51,639 nucleotides of DNA. It comes from Octopus bimaculoides (taxonomy: Eukaryota). Both the position numbers and the translations under genes were made by a program. Under the pieces are notes generated by a model. The model had not been told where the DNA came from and did no database searches. It saw only the letters and a list, made by a program, of their open reading frames with translations. Positions within the stretch are counted from its first letter, which is position 1, and every line of letters starts with the position of its first letter. Shown piece after piece: positions 22,822 through 36,309 of this stretch. The stretch spans positions 70,427,415 to 70,479,053 of the forward strand of contig NC_068984.1 of assembly GCF_001194135.2 (NCBI RefSeq), given 5' to 3'.

Positions 22822-23620
22822 NNNNNNNNNNNNNNNNNNNNNNNNNNNNNNNNNNNNNNNNNNNNNNNNNNNNNNNNNNNNNNNNNNNNNNNNNNNNNNN
22901 NNNNNNNNNNNNNNNNNNNNNNNNNNNNNNNNNNNNNNNNNNNNNNNNNNNNNNNNNNNNNNNNNNNNNNNNNNNNNNNNNNNNNNNNNNNNNNNNNNNN
23001 NNNNNNNNNNNNNNNNNNNNNNNNNNNNNNNNNNNNNNNNNNNNNNNNNNNNNNNNNNNNNNNNNNNNNNNNNNNNNNNNNNNNNNNNNNNNNNNNNNNN
23101 NNNNNNNNNNNNNNNNNNNNNNNNNNNNNNNNNNNNNNNNNNNNNNNNNNNNNNNNNNNNNNNNNNNNNNNNNNNNNNNNNNNNNNNNNNNNNNNNNNNN
23201 NNNNNNNNNNNNNNNNNNNNNNNNNNNNNNNNNNNNNNNNNNNNNNNNNNNNNNNNNNNNNNNNNNNNNNNNNNNNNNNNNNNNNNNNNNNNNNNNNNNN
23301 NNNNNNNNNNNNNNNNNNNNNNNNNNNNNNNNNNNNNNNNNNNNNNNNNNNNNNNNNNATATATATAAATATATATATGAATGTATGTATATATCTATGC
23401 ACGTCTTTGCGTTTGTATTTGTCCCTAACCATTGCTTGACAACTGGTGTTGGTTTGTTTATGTTCTCCTAACTTAGTGGTCTGGCAAAGGAAACTTATAC
23501 AATAAGTGTCAGATTTCAAAAATATAAATACTGGTGTTGATTCTTTTGACTATGAACCTTTCAAGGTGGTGCCCCAACATGGCCACACTGAAATGACTGA
23601 GACAAGTAAATAGCAAAAGA
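22575..23620 (+). mobile_element. SINE family A split by an assembly gap in its internal microsatellite
   Basis: 5' half 22575-22760 and 3' half 23380-23620 flank the N-run 22822-23358. Confidence 0.75.
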
Positions 23621-24049
23621 TAGATATGATATATGCAGTTATTATCTTAATGGTTTGTTTGGGCATGTACATATGTAAGTGTATATTATATAAAAGCAAC
23701 CAGGAAATCAGCATCTAAGTTTTGTATTTATGTCTAAATTCATTTAGATAAAATGCATTAATGTTCTGTATAAATGTCAAAGTTTGTGTTCTGTCTCACA
23801 TCCCTCTCTTTCTTTCTGTCACTTTGCTTCCTCCCAACCCAAACCCACCAATATGTATATTTAGTTGTCAAGCTGTTTGTCAATACAGCAGTCTGTTTTG
23901 CTCAACATGTATAAAGATTCATTTAATTGAATAGTGATATGTTTTTGTTTTTTTCAATCTCTCCCTCCTCTTCCTTTCTATCTCTATCCACATATGTAGG
24001 AGAGCAAATATGCATGTAATTCATGTATGTGTAGGTGTGTGTGTGTGTG

Positions 24050-24084
<35 letters not shown>

Positions 24085-24159
24085 ATGTATGAATGAGTGT
24101 ACACACTCACATATATACATATATATATATATATATATACATGTGTGTGTGTGTGTATT

Positions 24160-24191
<32 letters not shown>

Positions 24192-24373
24192 GGGAGACAG
24201 AGAGGGAGAGAGAGATGTATACATACATACATACATACATACATTCATACATTTCTATGTATGAATGTGTGTACACATATGTGTGTGAGTGTGTTTGTGT
24301 GTGTGTGTGTATGTGTGTAACTATATGTATGTATATATATGCATATAGAGAAAGAGAGAGAGGGGGAGAGAGA

Positions 24374-24469
24374 GAAGAAGAAGAAGAAGAAGAAGAAGAA
24401 GAAGAAGAAGAAGNNNNNNNNNNAAGAAGAAGAAGAAGAAGAAGAAGAAGAAGAAGAAAAAGAAGAAGA
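24374..24469. repeat. (GAA)n microsatellite (gap inside)
   Basis: Pure tract both sides of 10 Ns. Confidence 0.9.
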
Positions 24470-24706
24470 GGAGTAGCAGCTATGAACCATTTTCGAAAAA
24501 GAAAGAAAATTCTATTGGTGACTTCTGTTATTTAGAATCTTTGTTTGCTATTTTCAAAACAAATTTTTCAAAGCAGCGCTCTGGCTTTGCGTGATATGCA
24601 TTGATTACTTGCATGCTGTCACAATAGGTTTAAGTAAAAACTTTTAATAATAATAATGATGATGGTGATGATAACGATTATGACGACGAAGAGGTAGAGA
24701 ATACCA

Positions 24707-24740
<34 letters not shown>

Positions 24741-27089
24741 CGATGTTGATGGTGTCTTTTATTTGCCAATAAAATCATTTTTTTTTTTTTCTCCCAACAT
24801 AGATTTTGTCTAAATGTAAATAATTGCTTGCCAACATATGACAGAGAGTTATTATAAGAAATTGTCAATGCAAATGTCCTCTGAAAGTTGTTTTGTTGGT
24901 GGTGTGGAGGGGAAAGAAAAGGAAAAAAAAAATACACATATATTTTTTCTAAATATAATCTTACACCTGGCAGGAGTCTAATGCTGTTTAATATTCCAGA
25001 AAACTATAAATGTTATACGTAATTATGACAGAATATGATATCTTTCATGTGAGATAATGACAGTTTATTGGTAAAATCATAACTTTGGTGGTAAGTGAAA
25101 AGTAATGTTGCCAAGTTTTGGGAGCATAGTATCTGTTTATGTATCTGTCTTCAGGGTAAACTTAAGTTATTTTCGTATTTTTGTTTATGTGTGTGTGTGT
25201 GTGTGTGTGCGTGTGTTTGTNNNNNNNNNNGGGGGGGGGGGGCTGTGTTCTTTCGGTCAAATATTGTGCAGCAAAATAATCATAGGTCATTTCTTTAGCT
25301 TTTCTCTCTCCAGTAGTAGAACGTGAGTTATCATGAGTCAGTATTTAACATGGAAAATATGTATCTTACACTAAACTTCTCCAATGCAATTAAACTTTGT
25401 AGCTTTATTGTCGTGATTTAAAAGAGTGACTAGTTGTACATTTAGTATTTTCAAAGCATATACACTGCAAGCTATGCCAAAAATATGGAACGGCAGCAGA
25501 AAAAAGATGGCATAGATGTATCCCAGAAAAGGCCTCAGTTAATTACAAAGCAACCATACATCATAGAGACAGAGTGATCAAGACTAATAGACCAGATTCA
25601 TTACTTTTAACATGTGTTATGAGGTAAAAATCTGCACTCTTGAAAGTTGTGATCTATTATCATTCAATGATGATCCAATCAGAAATCAGATGTGATATGA
25701 GTTTATCATGGAGAGGAACAAATGGTAAAATAGACTGACTATTGCTGAGCACGCAACAGTTCCTACATTGTGGGTTATAGCTTATGTAAACACAACTGGA
25801 AAAGCTGGAGTATGTGTTATGGAAGGCTGTTTCATGTGATTGCGATCTTAAGGATTTAAACAAATTGGTTCTGTGTCAAGAATGTGAATATTATTAAACA
25901 CACACACACACACACACACNNNNNNNNNNACACACACACACACAACACACCACACACAACACACCACACACGTGCACACACATATGAATGTAATCATGGC
26001 TGAGTGTTCAAGAAATTTGCATCTTAACAATAAGCTTCCAGACCCAGTCCCATTGCTTTTATAATATCAGGTAAAATTTCTAAGTGAAGACAGTTACAAC
26101 CCTGCTATAACCCTAATTCTAATGTTGATTTTCATTTTCAGAATTAGAAAATACTTCTATTCTGAGCATTTTCTAACACTTAAGTGCCAAATATGAGATT
26201 TAGACATTAGAAAAAATCTTTGTCGTTTGATAATTAAGCAAACTTTCACTTACCAACAAGACACAACCCCTTTTCTTTTCTTCTACTACTTGTGCAACAG
26301 TCCCTACCCCTACTTCTGTATAGTAGTAATTAGTGTACTACATCACATATACCTACTAAATATATCTATTTGTCCTCCTCACACAATTGCATCTGTTTAT
26401 TCTACACACCATTCAAAACACTTTGTTCAATTTTTACTCCCACAGAATAGAATTTCTTAATCATTGACATTTTCGCAAAAAAATTTGTTGTTTAAAATTA
26501 CAATCTGAAAGCGATTGCATTGGGAGACTAGCATTATAATATTGTTAGAAATAGCAATCAAATCTCCTCCAAATCATGTCCTGGTGTTTCAAAAAGTAGC
26601 ATAACTACATCAGATGTGTGCATGAAAAATTTAAGCAGATGATGCCTAGAAAACTTTTGCACAATCAGGGGTGAATTGGGGTTAAGAACCAACACCAACA
26701 ACAACATGTAAGATTCCTTTATCTGAGATGGCCATGTGAAAATATGAATATTTCTCTTTTATAAAATAATTTTTATACTTAGTACAAAGTACAAAGCCAG
26801 TAATTGACTGGTTTATCTTTTTATTGACTCTGGACACCTAAATAGGAAAGTCAATAAGAGTAAGGTGTGAGCTATACTAAATAAACTAAATGAAACAAAT
26901 TATTTAGTTTGGCAATCTACCAATACCATCGATCTACTGTTTTTTTTTTTTAGTCAATGAGGGAGTTTTTGAGTGCTCATGCAACTTACTAGAAATAGCA
27001 GCTAAATATAATCAATTTACTCTACACCACCTTTCATAACTGATTAGCCCAGTAACCTGGGCTAATCAACCTCAAAGTTGACTAATATC

Positions 27090-27121
<32 letters not shown>

Positions 27122-27122
<1 letters not shown>

Positions 27123-27220
27123 CCATAAGAGCATCACAACAAACCACAGCATATACTCAAGGCACACAGAGCTGCGCTCAGTAGTGAAGTGAAAGCATGC
27201 TATAAAAATAAAACTACTGA
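27122..27220 (+). mobile_element. R4/Dong-like retrotransposon, 3' UTR-only copy within (TAA)n
   Basis: Matches 28424-28517 (CAAGGCACACAGAGCTGCGCTCAGTAGTGAAGTGAAAGCA...AAAATAAAACTACTGA); TAA repeats on both sides. Confidence 0.85.
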
Positions 27221-27244
27221 ATAATAATAATAATTATTATAATA

Positions 27245-27463
27245 GTGGCAGGGGTCTTATACAGCTGGAAAACAATTATAAAATAACCACCATAGGACTG
27301 CAAAAATACCTACTCCAGAAGCAAGGAAAACTAATACAAATAGCCACAAAACACAAGCAAAACAAAAAAACTGTTTTCAGTATTTATGGAAGCTGACAAA
27401 TACAAACAAGAAGTTATACTACCTAACAAATACGAAGAAGAAGAAGAAGAAGAAGAATAAGAA

Positions 27464-27494
<31 letters not shown>

Positions 27495-28517
27495 AAGAAG
27501 AAGAAGAAGAAGAAGAAGAAGAAGAAGAAGAAGAAGAAGNNNNNNNNNNNNNNNNNNNNNNNNNNNNNNNNNNNNNNNNNNNNNNNNNNNNNNNNNNNNN
27601 NNNNNNNNNNNNNNNNNNNNNNNNNNNNNNNNNNNNNNNNNNNNNNNNNNNNNNNNNNNNNNNNNNNNNNNNNNNNNNNNNNNNNNNNNNNNNNNNNNNN
27701 NNNNNNNNNNNNNNNNNNNNNNNNNNNNNNNNNNNNNNNNNNNNNNNNNNNNNNNNNNNNNNNNNNNNNNNNNNNNNNNNNNNNNNNNNNNNNNNNNNNG
27801 CCTCCCCACCAGAAATTACTAAAAACATATAATGAAAAGAAACATAACAAGTAACTGTAGAATATGTGGAGATCGACAAGAAACAATAAATCATATTATC
27901 TCTGGCTACCCAGTCCTGGCTAAGAAGGAATATATTCACAGACACGACAGAGCTGGGACCTATATACACTGGAAGCTATGCCAACACTATGGAATAACAA
28001 CAGAAAAAAGATGGTATAAACACACGCCAGAAAAGGTCACAGAAAACGAGAAAGCAACCATACTCTGGGATATGCCAATACACACAGATAGAGAAATTAA
28101 GGCAAATAGACCAGATATAGTTGTCAAAGGTCATGAAGAAAAAAAATGGTTTCTAACTGATGCATCAATACCAGCAGATGACAACGTTTCCCTAAAAGAA
28201 ATGGAAAAACTTTCAAAATACAAAGACCTGGAAATAGAGGTAACTCGAATGTGGAATCTAAAAACAGAAACAATTCCTATCATAGTAGGTGCCTTAGGTA
28301 TGATAAAAAAATATTCAGACAAATGCATAACAAAAACACCAGGATTTACAAATATATATAACATACATAAAATTTCACTACTGGGCTCTGCACACATCCT
28401 ACGCAAAACACTTTCAATACAGTAACTATAAGAGCAACCACAGCACATACCCAAGGCACACAGAGCTGCGCTCAGTAGTGAAGTGAAAGCACGTTATAAT
28501 AAAAATAAAACTACTGA
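27245..28517 (+). mobile_element. 5'-truncated R4/Dong-clade non-LTR retrotransposon (RT thumb end, CCHC knuckle, restriction-like endonuclease)
   Basis: GRGLIQLENNYK...YL at 27246; then CRICGDRQETINHIISG(Y), RHD, RPDIVV, DASIP, KLSKYKDLEIE and IPIIVGALG to the stop at 28423-28425. Followed by (TAA)n 28520-28549, the known Dong target type. Contains a (GAA)n expansion and a gap. Confidence 0.9.
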
Positions 28518-28769
28518 GCAATAATAATAATAATAATAATAATAATAATCAGCTTCTCTCCATTCTGATAAGAAGATTTATTATAACAAGCAAGAAATTA
28601 AATCTGTTTACACTATGAAATGCAGAAAAATTGAGAAAATGTGAAATTAATCATTCAAGCTTCAGTTTTGGGGTGGATGCAGTTATAAACAATAGATTAT
28701 AATATAGTGAGTTAAAAACCTGTCAGAGGGAAAATGGTTAAAGGCTTTTTCTAATTTAGTTGTAATGCT

Positions 28770-28915
28770 AGTACTTTACTAGTTCCTTATTTTATGAAGC
28801 CTAGAGGAATGAAACACAAAGTTGACCTTGGTAGAATTTGATATCAGAACATAAAAATAGAAAGCAAAAGCATATTGTGTTTTGTCTGATGATCTAACGA
28901 TTCTGCTAATCCACT
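28770..28915 (-). mobile_element. Decayed SINE family B fragment (another at about 26790-26935)
   Basis: GAATGAAACACAAAGTTGACCTTGGTAGAATTTGA resembles the family B core reverse complement. Confidence 0.55.
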
Positions 28916-28958
28916 TCAACAAATAATAATAACAACAATTCTTTCAACTATATAGATA

Positions 28959-29290
28959 CATCATCATCCTCATCATCATCATTATTTAACGTCCATTGTC
29001 CGTTCTAGTATGAGTTGGACAGTTTGACCGGGGCTGGTTAGCTGGACGACTGCACCAGATTCCAGTCTGAATTGGCATGGTTTTATATGGCTGGATGCCC
29101 TTCCTAATGTCAACTACTCCAAGAGTGTAATGGGTGTTTTTATGTGCCATTTGTGTGACACCAGTATCTGCCATGACTGTGATTTTGCTCGGCTTGATGG
29201 GTTTTTTCTTTAAGCACAACATAATGCCAAAGCTCTTGGTCATTGTCTCCGTGAGGCCCAACACTTGAAAGGAACTCAGCTACTTTGGTT
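28959..29290 (-). mobile_element. RTE LINE 3' end, diverged subfamily
   Basis: Minus strand LGLTETMT..DQELWHYVVLKEKTHQAE is homologous to LGLTEAMTSDxDLWKYAVRQKTRQAK; ATTAGGAAGGGCATCCAGCC motif; (GAT)n tail at 28959-28983. Confidence 0.8.
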
Positions 29291-29489
29291 CCATGAAGCC
29301 CAAAGCCTGAAGTTTTGAAGAAGGGAGCTAGTTGCTCACATCGACTCCAGTGCTCATCTGGCACTTATTTCATCATCCCCGAAATTGATTAACAGGTATT
29401 GATTAACAGCCACAGCCAGGTGCCCATCCTGTCACTAAGGAATTGCTTTTCATGCAACGGGTCTCTTATTTTGTATATTTTTGATGATG

Positions 29490-29860
29490 CAAAGCTAGAA
29501 TACAATTTGTTAACTGGGGAAATGAAAACAACTCCCACCCCCAATTGATGCCTAGCAGTCTTTGTAGAACCACAAGTATAAACAAAGACACATATATACA
29601 CACACATGTGCATACACACACACACGTGCACATACACACATATGCACACACACATACACACACACACACACACACACAAATGTACACACACATGAGGGTT
29701 ATAACAAGCTTTTTGCAGTTCCTGTCAACAAAATCCACACCCAAGGCTTCGGTCAGTCTAGGACTAAAGTGGAAGACATATACCCCAGGTGCTATTCAAT
29801 GGCACTGAACCCCAAACTACGTAGTTGTGAAATAAACTTTTTAATTACACAAGTATGTTT
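29490..29860 (-). mobile_element. SINE family A, decayed
   Basis: Reverse-complement motifs AAATCCACACCCAAGGCTTCGGTC and GGCACTGAACCCCAAAC. Confidence 0.65.
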
Positions 29861-30476
29861 GCAATTAATTTTAAAAAAAGGAAATCTGTCATTGTGCTAT
29901 TTTATTTTCAGGGAAATTTAATACATCCCTGTGCAATCAAATATATTACAACACCAAATATGACTTTTTGAATTAACATAGTAATGTTGAAATGAGATTT
30001 TTGTTATTTCAGCTACATTGTTTGTCATAATATCAAATTCTCCAGGTAATTCTAGGGAAATGTTGTTTCTTAGTAATATTGTCTAGTCAGGACAAAGTAG
30101 AGGATAATAATGCTATTACTGAAACTGCTATGTATGGTCTAAGATTATGCTCAGAAATTATACTGATATCATCAGCTTGTGCTAAATCATATTTTTGTTC
30201 TATCGTCATTTGAATAAATTGTTTATTTATAATTATGTTGTTCATTTTTGTTGATTATATTTATTTTTGTAACAATTCCAACCCTAAAATAAGTGAATTT
30301 AATTACTTAAAATGTGTTTTTAATGCTTTCGTATTCAACCTGTACCATTACAATCACACCGAATTCTGATGGCTAAGAATAAATTTCCATAATTCCAAGT
30401 TCACTTCATGGATGTTATTCTCATAGTCAGTAATATTTTTATTATTATTATTTTTTTATGATTATTTTTTGAATAG

Positions 30477-30640
30477 AAATGTTCAAATGCAATTAGTTTT
30501 AAAAGAGGAATTCTGTCAAAACAAAGCCAAATCAATAATCTAGCTCAGGAAAAAGAAAGTAAGGAGACAAAAATAAAAGACCCACCATCACTACCACCAC
30601 CGGTAGCATCACAACAAGCATCTGCATCATTACCATTAAG
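30477..30640 (+). CDS. Candidate internal coding exon: KCSNAISFKRGILSKQSQINNLAQEKESKETKIKDPPSLPPPVASQQASASLPL
   Basis: T-rich acceptor ...TTTTTTGAATAG|; 54 open codons in phase 0, compatible with the 19334 donor; Pro/Ser/Ala-rich composition unlike the flanks; donor AAG|GTATTT at 30640, alternative AAA|GTAAGG at 30558. Confidence 0.5.
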
Positions 30641-32045
30641 GTATTTTTCTTCATTATTGATCATTTGAAAACTAAATAGAAAAGAAATCAATATAAAAAA
30701 CACATTGAAATCAGAAATGAAACAGCTTTTTGGGTGGTTATGCTACAGGTTAAACTCTTCCCTAATGCACATAACACATAGAAATTGCATTTGCTGAGAA
30801 TTTTCTTGAAATGACTTCATTTTATATTAGAGGAAACAATATCTTGAGTTATTCTTGGATCCCTTCAAAAGCCAATTGAAAGAATAAAATAAAATAAAAT
30901 AAAATAAATGTCTGGTGTTTTATTTTTCAATTTCTAATTATTCTTTTTTAAAATATTATACAAAACTTGCTACATAATGTTCAGTTATGTCATTATCATG
31001 ATCTCTCTTCTGGCTAGACAATACTAAATACTAGCTGAAAAAAATTCAGCACCAACAGACAATACTACACAGCAACAGTAATACAATGCAGCAACAGACT
31101 ATATTGAATCTGAAATTAACAGTACTGTGTATTTCAAAGAAACACATTGGTATTATAAACAAAATATATTTTTGCTGTTTAACCCAAGATCAATTCCTGA
31201 CTGAGGAAACCTATTGTTAAAAGCATTCCAGTGGATACCATTACATCTTATTTTTAAGAGATAATATATCTAGGACAATACTATCCAATGTAATCCTTTA
31301 TTTTAATATTTTAGAGTATGATTTGAAATTTCATGGTGATCTAGTTACTATTTCTGACTGGTCAAGCAATCAGATAAATTTCTTGCTTGTTCAATAATCA
31401 GATATGCTTGATTCCTACCTGGAAATTCAGCACAATTTTGTGGTCAATTCTATTATCACCTGTTTGAGATACCTGATTGGTTAAAGTACTTTTATCATAA
31501 TAAAACTATTCTTTTGAACATCAAATGTATTTAGTGAAATATCTCAAAAATGCTTTCCCAGATACATCAATAAATGGATACACTGGAAAAGTGCATATTG
31601 AATTTCTCTTTACCTAATCCAATACATATAATTTAAACACATACTTCTGCAGATTAGTAGCACTATAGAAAAGCAAACAAATTTTTCAAAAGGCAATTAC
31701 TGTTGAGAGGACAATTATTGTGGGAAATAAAATTACAAGTAGGAACAAAGATAGTATTATTGATGTTGGAAAAAGTTTTTGAACTGAAATGGTTAATTGA
31801 GAAAGGAAAAGTTTTTTACTACAAGAATAGTTAATTTTGATTGAATTGCTGCTAAAAACCTTATGTCTTTTATCACTGAGAAAATGTAAAGACATTAAAT
31901 TTACAAAACATTTGGCAATAGTTTGTTCCATTTTTCATAATTGCTCATAGATTTGTGAGGTTTCAGTGCTAGCAAAATATAATATATAATTCTATACTTA
32001 GTATTGCATATTCTCTTTCCTTCCTCTTGTTCACACTTAAATGTT

Positions 32046-32088
<43 letters not shown>

Positions 32089-32691
32089 ATGTGTGTGCAA
32101 ATTACAAATCATATACATGGAAATTAGTTCATGCCGATGCCAAAATTTATATGTAGTTTTACCTTAAGTAATAATTTTCACCAGAATTTGCCGAAACAAT
32201 CACTCTTGCAAATTTCATATAATAAAATCATAGGTTACTCTCTAAACTGCTGAAATGTGTTAAACATTAAAAAAAAATGTAGAATTTAAACAATAAAACT
32301 ATTTATTTACACAAGATCATAGCTACACATTTTTTTTTATTTGTTGACCAGAATTCAAATGTATAATGTTTTAAATAGTCAACTATTCTTATGTTCACAT
32401 GTTTACATTCAGCTTTAAAAATATATCAAACGTACAGAAATATTGAAAACATATTAAACATACAGAAATATTAAAAAAAAACCTACTCTGTATTTTCTTT
32501 GTCAAGTATAAGGCATAAAATAGTTTTCTTGTTTTCTTTTCTCTTGTGAAAACCATTTCTTGAAGAATTCTGGAACAGGTAAATAAGCATTGAAGTACTT
32601 GCAATTTCTGTGAATTTTGATTAAAATGTTTTTTCTGTGCATTTTACAAATAATACTATTAATTGTAACCTTTCTTCAATTTCATTCACAG

Positions 32692-32715
32692 GACATGAAG
32701 ATTTTTTCTGTAAAG
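32692..32715 (+). CDS. Candidate 24-nt microexon (xHEDFFCKx in phase 1, DMKIFSVK in phase 0)
   Basis: Acceptor TTTCTTCAATTTCATTCACAG|, donor AAG|GTAGGT. Confidence 0.35.
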
Positions 32716-33132
32716 GTAGGTGGTTATTTGTGAAACATTATTACATTTTTTTTGTTCATATGGGCAAAAGAAAAATGTCTATTTTGTTTTCATAGGAGTG
32801 AGTAAAATGAAATGACACAATCAGAAATGAAAACCACATTATAAACAGGATCTCCTGTAGCTTACGTTGGGAAAGCTCACAATAAATTAAAACTTAATTA
32901 CCAGTAAGTTTAGGATAAATTAACTAATATACATAATTATTTCTCACACAGCAGGTCAAAAGTAGTACATTTCTAAGAAAGTTAGTATAGTTAGTAGAGC
33001 AAAAAATATTATTAGTTTATGACTAGTATTTCATTTCTCAACCACAGAACAATGAAATACAATTTTCTCTGGCAAGATTTGAACTGAAAATATAGACAAA
33101 CTGAAACTAACTATTGTAAAGCGCTTTCTCAG

Positions 33133-33166
33133 TACTGTTGTTGCAGCAGATACCATCTTTAAGAAG
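33133..33166 (+). CDS. Candidate 34-nt exon (STVVAADTIFKK, phase 2 to 0)
   Basis: Branch-point CTAAC at 33107-33111, acceptor GCTTTCTCAG|, donor AAG|GTATGA; frame-compatible with 30640 upstream and 38844 downstream. Confidence 0.35.
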
Positions 33167-33524
33167 GTATGAATAATTAATCTTAACTAAGTCCAATACC
33201 AACTGTGGTAGAAGAAGAGCACAGTTAATTGAATCAAAGCTTGTTGAATTAACACTCTATCTTATTAAGAGCAGTGTAATGAATGTTATCTAGGAAAAGC
33301 ACACTTGACCTTAGTAATGGGATTTGAGTTAAAAGCTAAAGCATTCAGTATTAAATTATATTTAGTAAGTCTTCTATTCCAGTAGTCTGCTGTGTTGGTT
33401 ATAGCCAGCTGCTGAAATAATAAGGTTGGATTTGACTGCTTAGACTCAACTAACTCCAATCAGATAATGGAAAACAAACAAATTGAAAATAATGAGGATG
33501 ATAATAATTATAATGATTGTTTCT

Positions 33525-33735
33525 AACATAGGCACAAGGCAACAGATTTGTGTTGAGGGGTTTAAGTTAATTACATTGACACCAGTACTTGACTAGTATG
33601 TTATTCTATCAATGTTGGAAGAATGAAAAGCAGAGGTAGTCACAGTGGGGATAGAACAGATAATCTAAAAAGCCACAATAAATACTACAAAGAATTTAAC
33701 CCAATGCTTTAATAATTCTGCTAATCTACAACCCT
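33525..33735 (-). mobile_element. Decayed SINE family B
   Basis: TAGGCACAAGGC tail and GAAGAATGAAAAGCAGAGGT core remnant. Confidence 0.6.
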
Positions 33736-33995
33736 TAACTATGATTATAATTCAAGTTTAACTTAGTCAAACCTACATTAAACATCCATTAGTCTCTTCT
33801 TTATCAGTTCATTGCTTGCCATTTGCTTGCATCCAAGTTTTTTTACAAGTAGATATGAGTATATGAGCTTCATATGATGGCACATTTCTGCAAGTCTCTT
33901 GTCTCTGTTATATATTCATCAGTCATGACTATTAGTGATTAATTAGTAGTCTTCATAAAAAACATATTTAGTTATATTTTTTTTATTTTGAAATA

Positions 33996-34390
33996 GGCGC
34001 AGGAGTGGCTGTGTGGTAAGTAGCTTGCTTACCAACCACATGGTTCTGGGTTCAGTCCCACTGCGTGGCACCTTGGGCAAGTGTCTTCTACTATAGCCTT
34101 GGGCCAACCAAGGCCTTGTGAGTGGATTTGGTAGACGGAAACTGAAAGAAGCCCGTCGTATATATGTATATATATGTATGTGTGTCTCTGTTTGTCCCCC
34201 CAACATCGCTTGACAACCGATGCTGGTGTGTTTATGTCCCCGTAACTTAGTGGTTCGGCAAGAAAGACCAATAGAATAAGTACTAGGCATACAAAGAATA
34301 AGTCCTGGGGTCGATTTGCTCGACTAAAGGCGGTGCTCCAGCATGGCCGCAGTCAAATGACTGAAACAAGTAAAAGAGTAAAAGAGTAAA
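33996..34390 (+). mobile_element. SINE family A, best-preserved copy (tRNA-like head, CORE-like domain, internal microsatellite, GTAAAAGA tail repeats)
   Basis: A-box-like GTGGCTGTGTGGT, B-box-like GGTTCAGTCCC, CORE-like CACCTTGGGCAAGTG; CpGs retained. The exact family name (octopus OK/OR-type SINEs are described) is not verified. Confidence 0.9.
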
Positions 34391-36309
34391 TACATCCATA
34401 GCAGCAAGTCTAGATCAACCCATAATGGTCACTATGCAAAATAACATTCACATATCACTCAGTAATTCATTGTAGAATTTTAATAGAATAAATTTACATT
34501 CACCCAATTTATTCTCATTCTTTTACTGGCTTCAGTTATTGGACTACAATCAGGCTTTGGTAATGCTTTTGAGGAATTTCATTGATTATAGGCATCAAAC
34601 TCATTTGTCTTTATAAGCTGGTTTAAGCATAAACTAGATCTCATGGCCTGGATTGAAGCACAAACTTTGTTTTGTTGATTGAGCAAGGACAATTATTCCT
34701 AAAATGTGTATTCATAATGTAGGCTATAATAAATGTATAAAGGGGTAAACTTATAATATTGTTACTAATAAAGAAAAGAAAGAATATGAAACGTTTCAAT
34801 GTTTAAGTCTACAGTTGTGAGATAAAAATGCAATCACACACACACACAGATACATACACATACATACACACATATATACATACATATATACATGTGTGTA
34901 AGAGCTTCATATATCATATATAGACATGTGTATGTATATATACATATATACATTATAACAATGATAATAATATTAGGGATAAAGATTCAAATTTACAGGG
35001 AAAAATTCAATTTTATTTAATTCATCAAAATTAAAATTAAATTAAATTTCACAATATATAATATATAAATATATAATTTAGAGAAAAGACCCACAATTAT
35101 TGAATTCATCCATGAACATCCACAATCACATATAGAAAAATTTAATAAGTAAATGCANNNNNNNNNNNNNNNNNNNNNNNNNNNNNNNNNNNNNNNNNNN
35201 NNNNNNNNNNNNNNNNNNNNNNNNNNNNNNNNNNNNNNNNNNNNNNNNNNNNNNNNNNNNNNNNNNNNNNNNNNNNNNNNNNNNNNNNNNNNNNNNNNNN
35301 NNNNNNNNNNNNNNNNNNNNNNNNNNNNNNNNNNNNNNNNNNNNNNNNNNNNNNNNNNNNNNNNNNNNNNNNNNNNNNNNNNNNNNNNNNNNNNNNNNNN
35401 NNNNNNNNNNNNNNNNNNNNNNNNNNNNNNNNNNNNNNNNNNNNNNNNNNNNNNNNNNNNNNNNNNNNNNNNNNNNNNNNNNNNNNNNNNNNNNNNNNNN
35501 NNNNNNNNNNNNNNNNNNNNNNNNNNNNNNNNNNNNNNNNNNNNNNNNNNNNNNNNNNNNNNNNNNNNNNNNNNNNNNNNNNNNNNNNNNNNNNNNNNNN
35601 NNNNNNNNNNNNNNNNNNNNNNNNNNNNNNNNNNNNNNNNNNNNNNNNNNNNNNNNNNNNNNNNNNNNNNNNNNNNNNNNNNNNATATATATATATATAT
35701 ATATATAATCATGTGTGGGTTTTCCAATATGCATATATATGTACGGTCTTATTAAGCAAGTGTCTTTAGAGTAAAGTTGGATGTAGAAATGATCAAAATG
35801 ATAGTATACACTTCATGAGAAGACCAAAGCTTGATAGAAAGCTTGCACTGTTTCAACAGCAATATCTGTCAATACTGTTCATAACACTACAATTCATTTT
35901 GATGAATATTAATATTAATTTAAAACAAAATTACCTCTGTTAGGCTCAACTCATAAGCTTCTTTTTTATTGGTGGAGATAACAAAAAATTCCTTAAGGTG
36001 CACAGATTTGACTAATTGAAAGTAATGATAATCAAAACATTACTTGATTTTTCACTTAGTAAATGTATGAGATATATTATTAAATCAAAATCTTTTAAAA
36101 ATAATTTTTTTATATAATTGCAAAGGTCCAGCCTAAGCATTGCTGCTGGTCAGATCCAGCCTATGGGTCATAGGTTTCTTTTAGTCTAATATTTTATTGA
36201 TGTCATCTTTGAGATACCAGTAAACTATTGAAGACCCAAAAACATAGCATAGAAAAGATGTAAACAAATACATATATTAAAAGTGTATACATATGTAAAT
36301 GAATATGTA

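Noticed and set aside
33048-33166. 119-nt exon using the upstream acceptor at 33047
   Set aside because: Stops in all three frames; only the shorter 33133 form is coding-compatible (it could still be a non-coding or poison exon).
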